Origin: Eledone cirrhosa
Lineage: Eukaryota
DNA: 64,000 bases
Direction of reading: 5' to 3'
Assembly (NCBI GenBank): GCA_964016885.1
Contig: OZ024740.1
Span: forward strand, 204,538,001 to 204,602,000
The position numbers were made by a program, and so were the translations under genes. Below, one piece after another: positions 26,401 through 40,400 of the stretch. The notes under the pieces were generated by a model. It did not search any database. It was not told the DNA's origin and saw nothing but the letters and a program-made list of their open reading frames with translations. The number at the start of each line of letters is the position of its first letter. The first letter of the stretch is position 1.

Positions 26401-27412
26401 GAGACACTAACTGTGGTTTTCAAATAACTTTCTAAATAATCAACAATTTTGAAGAATTTAATGATAATAACAACTTTCTCATTATTCAACCATTTTGGAG
26501 CATAACTTAACAAAGGCTCTTATATAAAGTTATGTCTGAAAGTTTTTAAAATTTACATCTTTGTGACATATAATCTGGGGTGGTTTCAGGCAGTTTGGTA
26601 TCAAAAGATGTTGAATTAGTAGAGATTAAATACTTTGCAGTATTTCTTTCTAACTCATTGTGTTCTAAGTTCAAATCCCACTAAGGTCAACTTTGCCTTT
26701 CATCCTTTCATGAAAAATACCAATTGTTAAAGCATAGGACAGGATACCTTGCAGTATTTGTTCTGACTGTGTATTCTGGAAAAACCAGTAAAAACAGTTG
26801 TTGTTTTTTGGTTCAATAGATAGTATCAGCAATGGAAGGACCAAGGAAATACAATTTCATCATGATCATTTCACGTCCACTTTCCATGCTAACATGGGTT
26901 AGACAGCTTGTCCCATTTGAGGCAAGTTGGGTCAGGTGACCATGTCCTGCTCATACAGAACTGTTTCTGGCTAGATTTCTACAGCTGGATGCCCTTCATT
27001 GATCTAATTTGAGGACCAGCTTCTTTCCTTTCTTTCCTCTTTTAAGACTGTGATTTTATTGACACCTTCAAACTCCGCATATGATTGATTAGTCTTCCTA
27101 CTTAAGTTTCCCTCTGAAAAGTTTCAAAAGTACATGTCTTCATAGCAGTGGTTGGCATTAGAAAGGATGTGGTCTCCTGACTTATCTAGGAAGACAGTAA
27201 CTCCAGTTAAGAACCTACTTGGCCTGTAGCAACCTGTCTAACCCATGCCAGCATGGAAAAAAACCAATCCTAAAATGGTGATGGTGATAGACAAGATAAC
27301 ATTTTGTTTGAATAATTTTGGCTAATTAAGTGTTACATGAGTAAATAATATAGAAAGTATTTATACATTGAGGAGAAAGAAAACTTAATGTTTCCATCTT
27401 TAATTATTTCAG

Positions 27413-27520
27413 CTAATCGATATGCTGCTCTTCTAATTCCCCCTTCACCTGGCGCTGTCAATGATTTAGTTCACAACAAAGATCTCACTGATATCCTCAA
27501 CCATTTCATACAAGAGAAAA
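27413..27520 (+). CDS. GATD1: GATD1 exon 4
   Basis: (A)NRYAALLIPPSPGAVNDLVHNKDLTDILNHFIQEK; AG acceptor, GTAAGC donor. Confidence 0.93.
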
Positions 27521-28430
27521 GTAAGCAATCATATTTTATATCATATACATATAAAAATGAGAAAACTCATTGCTCAGAGGACAGAGACCAGTGACCAGTG
27601 GTCAACAGAGAGACAATCCACAAAGTGGGTGACAGACAGATGAAATATAGAAAAGATAGAAAGAGGAGGACAAGGAGAAGTGTATTGGCGTATAGAAGTG
27701 ACTGGAAGAAGAAAACAAAGAAAGGCAATGTTGACCACTGGCTACTGGTCTGTCCTCTGGGGCATTTTTGCCCATTGCTGTTTTTGACAGCACTTAGATG
27801 TTTTAACGGCTGTTCTAGCAATGAGTTTTCTCATTTTTATATGTATTCAAATACACACTCACTTCGTCTCAATCAGAGACATTTCTTTTTCATATTTTAT
27901 ATTTTGAGAGTGATGGGAACATCTGGTGTTGCCTCAGCCCCTCAACCACCTCTCTATTCACTTCATTCAAGATAGAGATGGCCATCCATAAGAACCTGTA
28001 GCGATGAAAATAACTGGCATCCTGAGTCTTGTGCTGGTGCCATGATAAAATGCACTTTGTACACTACAAGAAGGGGTTGGTGTCCGGAAAGGTATCCTGC
28101 CATAAGAACCACACCAAAATTGGAACATACAAGTGTGATACAGTCCCTGGACTCATCTAGGAGGGCAATAATTCTGAATAAGAACTGACTCAGTTGTAAT
28201 GATCCATCAAACCCATGCCAGCATGAAAAATGGATGTAAAATGATGATGATGATAGAACTATTTTGATGTTAATTCTCTGAAATCTTTACAAAAACTCAT
28301 TTCAAATTCACATAATTTCAAACATTTAATAAAATCGATAGGTAATAAAAAATAATACCCACAACATATGTTTGTATCAGTACAATATTCTCTTGTAATT
28401 TAAACAGCAGCTCTCACAGCTTCTGCCTAG

Positions 28431-31400
28431 GTCTATCACTTCTGGTCTATCTCTTCTGGTCTATCACTTCTGGTCTATCTCTTCTGGTCTATCACTTCTG
28501 GTCTATCTCTTCTCGCCTATCTCTTCTCGCCTATCACTTCTGGTCTATCTCTTCTCGCCTATCTCTTCTGGTCTATCTCTTCTCGCCTATCTCTTCTGGT
28601 CTATCTCCTCTGGTCTATCTCTTCTCGCCTATCTCTTCTCGCCTATCTCTTCTCGCCTATCTCTTCTCGCCTATCTCTTCTCGCCTATCTCTTCTGGTCT
28701 ATCTCTTCTCGCCTATCTCTTCTCGCCTATCTCTTCTCGCCTATCTCTTCTCGCCTATCTCTTCTGGTCTATCTCTTCTGGTCTATCTCTTCTGGTTTAT
28801 CTCTTCTCGCCTATCTCTTCTGGTCTATCTCTTCTCGCCTATCTCTTCTCGCCTATCTCTTCTCGCCTATCTCTTCTGGTCTATCTCTTCTCGCCTATCT
28901 CTTCTCGCCTATCTCTTCTGGTCTATCTCTTCTCGCCTATCTCTTCTCGCCTATCTCTTCTGGTCTATCACTTCTGGTCTATCTCTTCTGGTCTATCTCT
29001 TCTTGCCTATCTCTACTTGATTATCTCTTCTGGTCTATCACTTCTGGTCTATCTCTTCTGGTCTATCTCTTCTGGTCTATCTCTTCTGGTCTATCTCTTC
29101 TGGTCTATCTCTTCTGGTCTATCTCTTCTCGCCTATCTCTTCTCGCCTATCTCTTCTCGCCTATCTCTTCTCGCCTATCTCTTCTCGCCTATCTCTTCTG
29201 GTCTATCACTTCTCGCCTATCTCTTCTCGCCTATCTCTTCTCGCCTACCTCTTCTCGCCTATCTCTTCTGGTCTATCACTTCTGGTCTATCTCTTCTTGC
29301 CTATCTCTTCTCGCCTATCTCTTCTTGCCTATCTCTTCTCGCCTATCTCTTCTCGCCTATCTCTTCTCGCCTATCTCTTCTGGTCTATCTCTTCTCGCCT
29401 ATCTCTTCTCGCCTATCTCTTCTGGTCTATCTCTTCTCGCCTATCTCTTCTCGCCTATCTCTTCTGGTCTATCACTTCTGGTCTATCTCTTCTCGCCTAT
29501 CTCTTCTCGCCTATCTCTTCTCGCCTATCTCTTCTGGCCTATCTCTTCTCGCCTATCTCTTCTCGCCTATCTCTTCTGGTCTATCACTTCTGGTCTATCA
29601 CTTCTCGCCTATCTCTTCTCGCCTATCTCTTCTGGTCTATCTCTTCTGGTCTATCACTTCGGGTCTATCACTTCTCGCCTATCTCTTCTCGCCTATCTCT
29701 TCTCGCCTATCTCTTCTCGCCTATCTCTTCTGGTCTATCACTTCTGGTCTATCTCTTCTCGCCTATCTCTTCTCGCCTATCTTTTCTCGCCTATCACTTC
29801 TGGTCTATCTCTTCTCGCCAATCTCTTCTCGCCTATCTCTTCTCGCCTATCTCTTCTGGTCTATCTCTTCTCGCCTATCTCTTCTCGCCTATCTCTTCTG
29901 GTTTATCTCTTCTCGCCTATCTCTTCTCGCCTATCTCTTCTCGCCTATCTCTTCTCGCCTATCTCTTCTCGCCTATCTCTTGTCGCCTATCTCTTCTGGT
30001 CTATCTCTTCTCGCCTATCTCTTCTCGCCTATCTCTTCTCGCCTATCTCTTCTCGCCTATCTCTTCTGGTCTATCACTTCTGGTCTATCTCTTCTGGTCT
30101 ATCTCTTCTCGCCTATCTCTTCTGGTCTATCTCTTCTGGTCTATCTCTTCTGGTCTATCTCTTCTGGTCTATCTCTTCTGGTCTATCTCTTCTGGTCTAT
30201 CTCTTCTCGCCTATCTCTTCTCGCCTATCTCTTTTCGCCTATCTCTTCTGGTCTATCTCTTCTCGCCTACCTCTTCTCGCCTATCTCTTCTCGCCTATCT
30301 CTTCTGGTCTATCACTTCTGGTCTATCTCTTCTGGTCTATCTCTTCTCGCCTATCTCTTCTCGCCTATCTCTTCTGGTCTATCTCTTCTGGTCTATCTCT
30401 TCTCGCCTATCTCTTCTCGCCTATCTCTTCTGGTCTATCTCTTCTGGCCTATCTCTTCTCGCCTATCTCTTCTCGCCTATCTCTTCTCGCCTATCTCTTC
30501 TCGCCTATCTCTTCTCGCCTATCTCTTCTCGCCTATCTCTTCTTGCCTATCTCTTCTGGTCTATCACTTCTGGTCTATCTCTTCTGGTCTATCTCTTCTC
30601 GCCTATCTCTTCTCGCCTATCTCTTCTGGTCTATCACTTCTGGTCTATCACTTCTGGTCTATCACTTCTGGTCTATCTCTGCTGGTCTATCTCTTCTGGT
30701 CTATCTCTTCTCGCCTATCTCTTCTCGCCTATCTCTTCTCGCCTATCTCTTCTGGTCTATCTCTTCTCGCCTATCTCTTCTGGTCTATCTCTTCTGGTCT
30801 ATCACTTCTGGTCTATCTCTTCTCGCCTATCTCTTCTCGCCTATCTCTTCTGGTCTATCTCTTCTCGCCTATCTCTTCTAGTCTATCTCTTCTCGCCTAT
30901 CTCTTCTCGCCTATCTCTTCTGGCCTATCTCTTCTGGCCTATCTCTTCTCGTCTATCTCTTCTCGCCTATCTCTTCTCGCCTATCTCTTCTCGCCTATCT
31001 CTTCTGGTCTATCTCTTCTGGTCTATCTCTTCTCGCCTATCTCTTCTCGCCTATCTCTTCTGGTCTATCACTTCTGGTCTATCACTTCTGGTCTATCACT
31101 TCTGGTCTATCTCTTCTGGTCTATCTCTTCTGGCCTATCTCTTCTGGCCTATCTCTTCTGGCCTATCTCTTCTGGCCTATCTCTTCTGGCCTATCTCTTC
31201 TGGCCTATCTCTTCTCGCCTATCTCTTCTCGCCTATCTCTTCTGGTCTATCACTTCTGGTCTATCTCTTCTCTATCTCTTCTCGCCTATCTCTTCTCGCC
31301 TATCTCTTCTCGCCTATCTCTTCTCGCCTATCTCTTCTCGCCTATCTCTTCTGGTCTATCACTTCTGGTCTATCTCTTCTCGCCTATCTCTTCTCGCCTA

Positions 31401-34400
31401 TCTCTTCTTGTCTATCTCTTCTGGTCTATCTCTTCTCGCCTATCTCTTCTCGCCTATCTCTTCTGGTCTATCACTTCTCGCCTATCTCTTCTCGCCTATC
31501 TCTTCTCGCCTATCTCTTCTCGCCTATCTCTTCTCGCCTATCTCTTCTCACCTATCTCTTCTGGTCTATCTCTTCTCGCCTATCTCTTGCCTATCTCTTC
31601 TCGCCTATCTCTTCTCACCTATCTCTTCTGGTTTATCTCTTCTGGTCTATCACTTCTGGTCTATCTCTTCTCGCCTATCTCTTCTCGCCTATCTCTTCTC
31701 GCCTATCTCTTCTCGCCTATCTCTTCTCGCCTATCTCTTCTCGCCTATCTCTTCTGGTCTATCTCTTCTGGTCTATCTCTTCTCGCCTATCTCTTCTCGC
31801 CTATCTCTTCTCGCCTATCTCTTCTCGCCTATCTCTTTTCGCCTATCTCTTCTCGCCTATCTCTTCTCGCCTATCTCTTCTCGCCTATCTCTTCTCGCCT
31901 ATCTCTTCTGGTCTATCTCTTCTCGCCTATCTCTTCTGGCCAATCTCTTCTGGTCTATCACTTCTGGTCTATCTCTTCTCGCCTATCTCTTCTGGTCTAT
32001 CTCTTCTCGCCTATCTCTTCTCGCCTATCTCTTCTGGTCTATCACTTCTGGTCTATCTCTTCTCGCCTATCTCTTCTCGCCTATCTCTTCTCGCCTATCT
32101 CTTCTGGTCTATCACTTCTGGTCTATCTCTTCTGGTCTATCTCTTCTCGCCTATCTCTTCTCGCCTATCTCTTCTGGTCTATCACTTCTGGTCTATCACT
32201 TCTGGTCTATCACTTCTGGTCTATCTGTGCTGGTCTATCTCTTCTGGTCTATCTCTTCTCGCCTATCTCTTCTCGCCTATCTCTTCTGGTCTATCTCTTC
32301 TCGCCTATCTCTTCTGGTCTATCACTTCTGGTCTATCTCTTCTCGCCTATCTCTTCTCGCCTATCTCTTCTGGTCTATCTCTTCTCGCCTATCTCTTCTA
32401 GTCTATCTCTTCTCGCCTATCTCTTCTCGCCTATCTCTTCTGGCCTATCTCTTCTGGCCTATCTCTTCTCGTCTATCTCTTCTCGCCTATCTCTTCTTGC
32501 CTATCTCTTCTCGCCTATCTCTTCTGGTCTATCTCTTCTGGTCTATCTCTTCTCGCCTATCTCTTCTCGCCTATCTCTTCTGGTCTATCACTTCTGGTCT
32601 ATCACTTCTGGTCTATCTCTTCTGGTCTATCTCTTCTGGCCTATCTCTTCTGGCCTATCTCTTCTCGCCTATCTCTTCTCGCCTATCTCTTCTCGCCTAT
32701 CTCTTCTGGTCTATCACTTCTGGTCTATCTCTTCTCTATCTCTTCTCGCCTATCTCTTCTCGCCTATCTCTTCTCGCCTATCTCTTCTCGCCTATCTCTT
32801 CTCGCCTATCTCTTCTGGTCTATCACTTCTGGTCTATCTCTTCTCGCCTATCTCTTCTCGCCTATCTCTTCTGGTCTATCTCTTCTGGTCTATCTCTTCT
32901 CGCCTATCTCTTCTCGCCTATCTCTTCTGGTCTATCACTTCTCGCCTATCTCTTCTCGCCTATCTCTTCTCGCCTATCTCTTCTCGCCTATCTCTTCTCG
33001 CCTATCTCTTCTCGCCTATCTCTTCTGGTCTATCTCTTCTCGCCTATCTCTTGCCTATCTCTTCTCGCCTATCTCTTCTCACCTATCTCTTCTGGTTTAT
33101 CTCTTCTGGTCTATCACTTCTGGTCTATCTCTTCTCGCCTATCTCTTCTCGCCTATCTCTTCTCGCCTATCTCTTCTCGCCTATCTCTTCTCGCCTATCT
33201 CTTCTCGCCTATCTCTTCTGGTCTATCTCTTCTGGTCTATCTCTTCTCGCCTATCTCTTCTCGCCTATCTCTTCTCGCCTATCTCTTCTCGCCTATCTCT
33301 TTTCGCCTATCTCTTCTCGCCTATCTCTTCTCGCCTATCTCTTCTCGCCTATCTCTTCTCGGCTATCTCTTCTGGTCTATCTCTTCTCGCCTATCTCTTC
33401 TGGCCAATCTCTTCTGGTCTATCATTTCTGGTCTATCTCTTCTCGCCTATCTCTTCTGGTCTATCTCTTCTCGCCTATCTCTTCTCGCCTATCTCTTCTG
33501 GTCTATCACTTCTGGTCTATCTCTTCTCGCCTATCTCTTCTGGTCTATCTCTTCTCGCCTATCTCTTCTCGTCTATCTCTTCTGGTCTATCTCTTCTCGC
33601 CTATCTGTTCTCGCCTATCTCTTCTCGCCTATCTCTTCTGGTCTATCTCTTCTGGTCTATCTCTTCTGGCCAATCTCTTCTGGTCTATCTCTTCTCGCCT
33701 ATCTCTTCTGGTCTATCTCTTCTGGTCTATCTCTTCTGGCCTATCTCTTCTGGCCTATCTCTTCTGGCCTATCTCTTCTGGTCTATCTCTTCTGGTCTAT
33801 CCCTTCTGGTCTATCTCTTCTCGCCTATCTCTTCTGGTCTATCTCTTCTTGCCAATCTCTTCTGGTCTATCTCTTCTGGCCAATCTCTTCTGGTCTATCT
33901 CTTCTGGTCTATCTCTTCTGGTCTATCTCTTCTGGTCTATCTCTTCTCGCCTATCTCTTCTCGCCTATCTCTTCTGGTCTATCTCTTCTCGCCTATCTCT
34001 TCTGGTCTATCTCTTCTCGCCTATCTCTTCTGGTCTATCTCCTCTGGTCTATCTCTTCTCGCCTATCTCTTCTCGCCTATCTCTTCTCGCCTATCTCTTC
34101 TCGCCTATCTCTTCTGGTCTATCTCTTCTCGCCTATCTCTTCTCGCCTATCTCTTCTGGTCTATCTCTTCTCGCCTATCTCTTCTCGCCTATCTCTTCTG
34201 GTCTATCTCTTCTGGTCTATCTCTTCTGGTTTATCTCTTCTCGCCTATCTCTTCTGGTCTATCTCTTCTCGCCTATCTCTTCTCGCCTATCTCTTCTCGC
34301 CTATCTCTTCTGGTCTATCTCTTCTCGCCTATCTCTTCTCGCCTATCTCTTCTGGTCTATCTCTTCTCGCCTATCTCTTCTCGCCTATCTCTTCTGGTCT

Positions 34401-37400
34401 ATCACTTCTGGTCTATCTCTTCTGGTCTATCTCTTCTTGCCTATCTCTTCTTGCCTATCTCTTCTGGTCTATCACTTCTGGTCTATCTCTTCTGGTCTAT
34501 CTCTTCTGGTCTATCTCTTCTGGTCTATCTCTTCTGGTCTATCTCTTCTGGTCTATCTCTTCTCGCCTATCTCTTCTCGCCTATCTCTTCTCGCCTATCT
34601 CTTCTCGCCTATCTCTTCTCGCCTATCTCTTCTGGTCTATCACTTCTCGCCTATCTCTTCTCGCCTATCTCTTCTCGCCTACCTCTTCTCGCCTATCTCT
34701 TCTCGCCTATCTCTTCTCGCCTATCTCTTCTGGTCTATCTCTTCTCGCCTATCTCTTCTCGCCTATCTCTTCTGGTCTATCTCTTCTCGCCTATCTCTTC
34801 TCGCCTATCTCTTCTGGTCTATCACTTCTGGTCTATCTCTTCTCGCCTATCTCTTCTCGCCTATCTCTTCTGGCCTATCTCTTCTCGCCTATCTCTTCTC
34901 GCCTATCTCTTCTGGTCTATCACTTCTGGTCTATCACTTCTCGCCTATCTCTTCTCGCCTATCTCTTCTGGTTTATCTCTTCTCGCCTATCTCTTCTCGC
35001 CTATCTCTTCTCGCCTATCTCTTGTCGCCTATCTCTTCTGGTCTATCTCTTCTCGCCTATCTCTTCTCGCCTATCTCTTCTCGCCTATCTCTTCTCGCCT
35101 ATCTCTTCTGGTCTATCACTTCTGGTCTATCTCTTCTGGTCTATCTCTTCTCGCCTATCTCTTCTGGTCTATCTCTTCTGGTCTATCTCTTCTGGTCTAT
35201 CTCTTCTGGTCTATCTCTTCTGGTCTATCTCTTCTGGTCTATCTCTTCTGGTCTATCTCTTCTCGCCTATCTCTTCTCGCCTATCTCTTCTCGCCTATCT
35301 CTTTTCGCCTATCTCTTCTGGTCTATCTCTTCTCGCCTACCTCTTCTCGCCTATCTCTTCTCGCCTATCTCTTCTGGTCTATCACTTCTGGTCTATCTCT
35401 TCTGGTCTATCTCTTCTGGTCTATCTCTTCTCGCCTATCTCTTCTCGCCTATCTCTTCTGGTCTATCTCTTCTGGTCTATCTCTTCTCGCCTATCTCTTC
35501 TCGCCTATCTCTTCTGGTCTATCACTTCTGGCCTATCTCTTCTCGCCTATCTCTTCTCGCCTATCTCTTCTGGTCTATCACTTCTGGTCTATCACTTCTG
35601 GTCTATCTCTTCTGGTCTATCTCTTCTCGCCTATCTCTTCTCGCCTATCTCTTCTCGCCTATCTCTTCTCGCCTATCTCTTCTCGCCTATCTCTTCTGGT
35701 CTATCTCTTCTGGTCTATCACTTCTGGTCTATCACTTCTGGTCTATCTCTTCTCGCCTATCTCTTCTCGCCTATCTCTTCTCGCCTATCTCTTCTCGCCT
35801 ATCTCTTCTGGTCTATCACTTCTGGTCTATCTCTTCAGGTCTATCACTTCTGGCCTATCTCTTCTCGCCTATCTCTTCTCGCCTATCTCTTCTCGCCTAT
35901 CTCTTCTGGTCTATCACTTCTGGTCTATCTCTTCTGGTCTATCTCTTCTGGTCTATCTCTTCTGGCCTATCTCTTCTCGCCTATCTCTTCTCGCCTATCT
36001 CTTCTCGCCTATCTCTTCTCGCCTATCTCTTCTGGTCTATCTCTTCTCTATCTCTTCTCGCCTATCTCTTCTCACCTATCTCTTCTCGCCTATCTCTTCT
36101 GGTCTATCACTTCTGGTCTATCTCTTCTCGCCTATCTCTTCTCGCCTATCTCTTCTCGCCTATCTCTTCTGGTGTATCTCTTCTGGTCTATCTCTTCTCG
36201 CCTATCTCTTCTCGCCTATCTCTTCTGGTCTATCACTTCTCGCCTATCTCTTCTCGCCTATCTCTTCTCGCCTATCTCTTCTCGCCTATCTCTTCTCGCC
36301 TATCTCTTCTCGCCTATCTCTTCTCGCCTATCTCTTCTGGTCTATCTCTTCTCGCCTATCTCTTGCCTATCTCTTCTCGCCTATCTCTTCTCACCTATCT
36401 CTTCTGGTTTATCTCTTCTGGTCTATCACTTCTGGTCTATCTCTTCTCGCCTATCTCTTCTCGCCTATCTCTTCTCGCCTATCTCTTCTCGCCTATCTCT
36501 TCTCGCCTATCTCTTCTCGCCTATCTCTTCTGGTCTATCTCTTCTGGTCTATCTCTTCTCGCCTATCTCTTCTCGCCTATCTCTTCTCGCCTATCTCTTC
36601 TCGCCTATCTCTTTTCGCCTATCTCTTCTCGCCTATCTCTTCTCGCCTATCTCTTCTCGCCTATCTCTTCTCGCCTATCTCTTCTGGTCTATCTCTTCTC
36701 GCCTATCTCTTCTGGCCAATCTCTTCTGATCTATCACTTCTGGTCTATCTCTTCTCGCCTATCTCTTCTGGTCTATCTCTTCTCGCCTATCTCTTCTCGC
36801 CTATCTCTTCTGGTCTATCACTTCTGGTCTATCTCTTCTCGCCTATCTCTTCTGGTCTATCTCTTCTCGCCTATCTCTTCTCGTCTATCTCTTCTGGTCT
36901 ATCTCTTCTCGCCTATCTGTTCTCGCCTATCTCTTCTCGCCTATCTCTTCTGGTCTATCTCTTCTGGTCTATCTCTTCTGGCCAATCTCTTCTGGTCTAT
37001 CTCTTCTCGTCTATCTCTTCTCGCCTATCTCTTCTGGTCTATCTCTTCTGGCCTATCTCTTCTGGCCTATCTCTTCTGGTCTATCTCTTCTGGTCTATCC
37101 CTTCTGGTCTATCTCTTCTCGCCTATCTCTTCTGGTCTATCTCTTCTTGCCAATCTCTTCTGGTCTATCTCTTCTGGCCAATCTCTTCTGGTCTATCTCT
37201 TCTGGTCTATCTCTTCTGGTCTATCTCTTCTGGCCTATCTCTTCTCGCCTATCTCTTCTCGCCTATCTCTTCTGGTCTATCTCTTCTCGCCTATCTCTTC
37301 TCGCCTATCTCTTCTCGCCTATCTCTTCTGGTCTATCTCTTCTGGTCTATCTCTTCTGGTCTATCTCTTCTGGCCAATCTCTTCTGGTCTATCTCTTCTG

Positions 37401-40400
37401 GTCTATCTCTTCTGGCCTATCTCTTCTCTGGCCTATCTCTTCTGGCCTATCTCTTCTGGCCTATCTCTTCTGGTCTATCTCTTCTGGTCTATCTCTTCTG
37501 GTCTATCTCTTCTCGCCTATCTCTTCTCGCCTATCTCTTCTCGCCTATCTCTTCTGGTCTATCTCTTCTCGCCTATCTCTTCTCGCCTATCTCTTCTGGC
37601 CAATCTCTTCTGGTCTATCTCTTCTTGCCAATCTCTTCTGGTCTATCTCTTCTGGTCTATCTCTTCTGGCCTATCTCTTCTGGTCTATCTCTTCTGGTCT
37701 ATCTCTTCTGGTCTATCTCTTCTGGTCTATCTCTTCTGGTCTATCTCTTCTGGTCCATCTCTTCTGGTCTATCTCTTCTGGTCTATCTCTTCTGGCCTAT
37801 CTCTTCTGGCCTATCTCTTCTCGCCTATCTCTTCTGGTTTATCTCTTCTCGCCTATCTCTTCTCGCCTATCTCTTCTGGTCTATCTCTTCTCGCCTATCT
37901 CTTCTCGCCTATCTCTTCTCGCCTATCTCTTCTGGTCTATCTCTTCTAGCCTATCTCTTCTGGTCTATCACTTCTCGCCTATCTCTTCTGGTCTATCTCT
38001 TCTTGCCTATCTCTTCTCGCCTATCTCTTCTGGTCTATCTCTTCTTGCCTATCTCTTCTCGCCTATCTCTTCTGGTCTATCTCTTCTGGCCAATCTCTTC
38101 TGGTCTATCTCTTCTGGCCAATCTCTTCTGGCCAATCTCTTCTGGCCAATCTCTTCTGGCCAATCTCTTCTGGCCAATCTCTTCTGGTCTATCTCTTCTG
38201 GTCTATCTCTTCTCGCCTATCTCTTCTCGCCTATCTCTTCTGGTCTATCACTTCTGGTCTATCTCTTCTCGCCTATCTCTTCTCGCCTATCTCTTCTGGT
38301 CTATCTCTTCTCGCCTATCTCTTCTCGCCTATCTCTTCTCGCCTATCTCTTCTGGCCAATCTCTTCTGGCCAATCTCTTCTCGCCTATCTCTTCTCGCCT
38401 ATCTCTTCTGGTCTATCACTTCTGGTCTATCTCTTCTCGCCTATCTCTTCTCGCCTATCTCTTCTGGCCAATCACTTCTGGTCGATCTCTTCTCGCCTAT
38501 CTCTTCTCGCCTATCTCTTCTCGCCTATCTCTTCTGGCCAATCTCTTCTGGCCTATCTCTTCTCGCCTATCTCTTCTGGTCTATCTCTTCTGGTCTATCT
38601 CTTCTCGCCTATCTCTTCTCGCCTATCTCTTCTCGCCTATCTCTTCTCGCCTATCTCTTCTGGTCTATCACTTCTCGCCTATCTCTTCTGGTCTATCTCT
38701 TCTCGCCTATCTCTTCTCGCCTATCTCTTCTCGCCTATCTCTTCTGGTCTATCTCTTCTCGCCTATCTCTTCTCGCCTATCTCTTCTCGTCTATCTCTTC
38801 TCGCCTATCTCTTCTCTCCTATCTCTTCTGTTCTATCTCTTCTCGCCTATCTCTTCTCGCCTATCTCTTCTCGCCTATCTCTTCTGGCCAATCTCTTCTG
38901 GTCTATCACTTCTGGTCTATCTCTTCTCGCCTATCTCTTCTGGTCTATCTCTTCTCGCCTATCTCTTCTCGCCTATCTCTTCTGGTCTATCACTTCTGGT
39001 CTATCTCTTCTCGCCTATCTCTTCTGGTCTATCTCTTCTCGCCTATCTCTTCTCGTCTATCTCTTCTGGTCTATCTCTTCTCGCCTATCTGTTCTCGCCT
39101 ATCTCTTCTCGCCTATCTCTTCTGGTCTATCTCTTCTGGTCTATCTCTTCTGGCCAATCTCTTCTGGTCTATCTCTTCTCGCCTATCTCTTCTGGTCTAT
39201 CTCTTCTGGTCTATCTCTTCTGGCCTATCTCTTCTGGCCTATCTCTTCTGGTCTATCCCTTCTGGTCTATCTCTTCTCGCCTATCTCTTCTGGTCTATCT
39301 CTTCTTGCCAATCTCTTCTGGTCTATCTCTTCTGGCCAATCTCTTCTGGTCTATCTCTTCTGGTCTATCTCTTCTGGTCTATCTCTTCTGGTCTATCTCT
39401 TCTGGTCTATCTCTTCTCGCCTATCTCTTCTCGCCTATCTCTTCTGGTCTATCTCTTCTCGCCTATCTCTTCTCGCCTATCTCTTCTCGCCTATCTCTTC
39501 TCGCCTATCTCTTCTGGCCTATCTCTTCTGGCCTATCTCTTCTGGTCTATCTCTTCTGGTCTATCTCTTCTGGTCTATCTCTTCTGGTCTATCTCTTCTG
39601 GTCTATCTCTTCTCGCCTATCTCTTCTCGCCTATCTCTTCTCGCCTATCTCTTCTGGTCTATCTCTTCTCGCCTATCTCTTCTCGCCTATCTCTTCTGGC
39701 CAATCTCTTCTGGCCAATCTCTTCTGGTCTATCTCTTCTTGCCAATCTCTTCTGGTCTATCTCTTCTGGTCTATCTCTTCTGGCCTATCTCTTCTGGTCT
39801 ATCTCTTCTGGTCTATCTCTTCTGGTCTATCTCTTCTGGTCTATCTCTTCTGGTCTATCTCTTCTGGCCTATCTCTTCTCGCCTATCTCTTCTCGCCTAT
39901 CTCTTCTGGTTTATCTCTTCTCGCCTATCTCTTCTCGCCTATCTCTTCTGGTCTATCTCTTCTCGCCTATCTCTTCTCGCCTATCTCTTCTCGCCTATCT
40001 CTTCTGGTCTATCTCTTCTAGCCTATCTCTTCTGGTCTATCACTTCTCGCCTATCTCTTCTGGTCTATCTCTTCTTGCCTATCTCTTCTCGCCTATCTCT
40101 TCTGGTCTATCTCTTCTTGCCTATCTCTTCTCGCCTATCTCTTCTGGTCTATCTCTTCTGGCCAATCTCTTCTGGTCTATCTCTTCTGGCCAATCTCTTC
40201 TGGCCAATCTCTTCTGGCCAATCTCTTCTGGTCTATCTCTTCTCGCCTATCTCTTCTCGCCTATCTCTTCTGGTCTATCACTTCTGGTCTATCTCTTCTC
40301 GCCTATCTCTTCTCGCCTATCTCTTCTGGTCTATCTCTTCTCGCCTATCTCTTCTCGCCTATCTCTTCTCGCCTATCTCTTCTGGCCAATCTCTTCTCGC

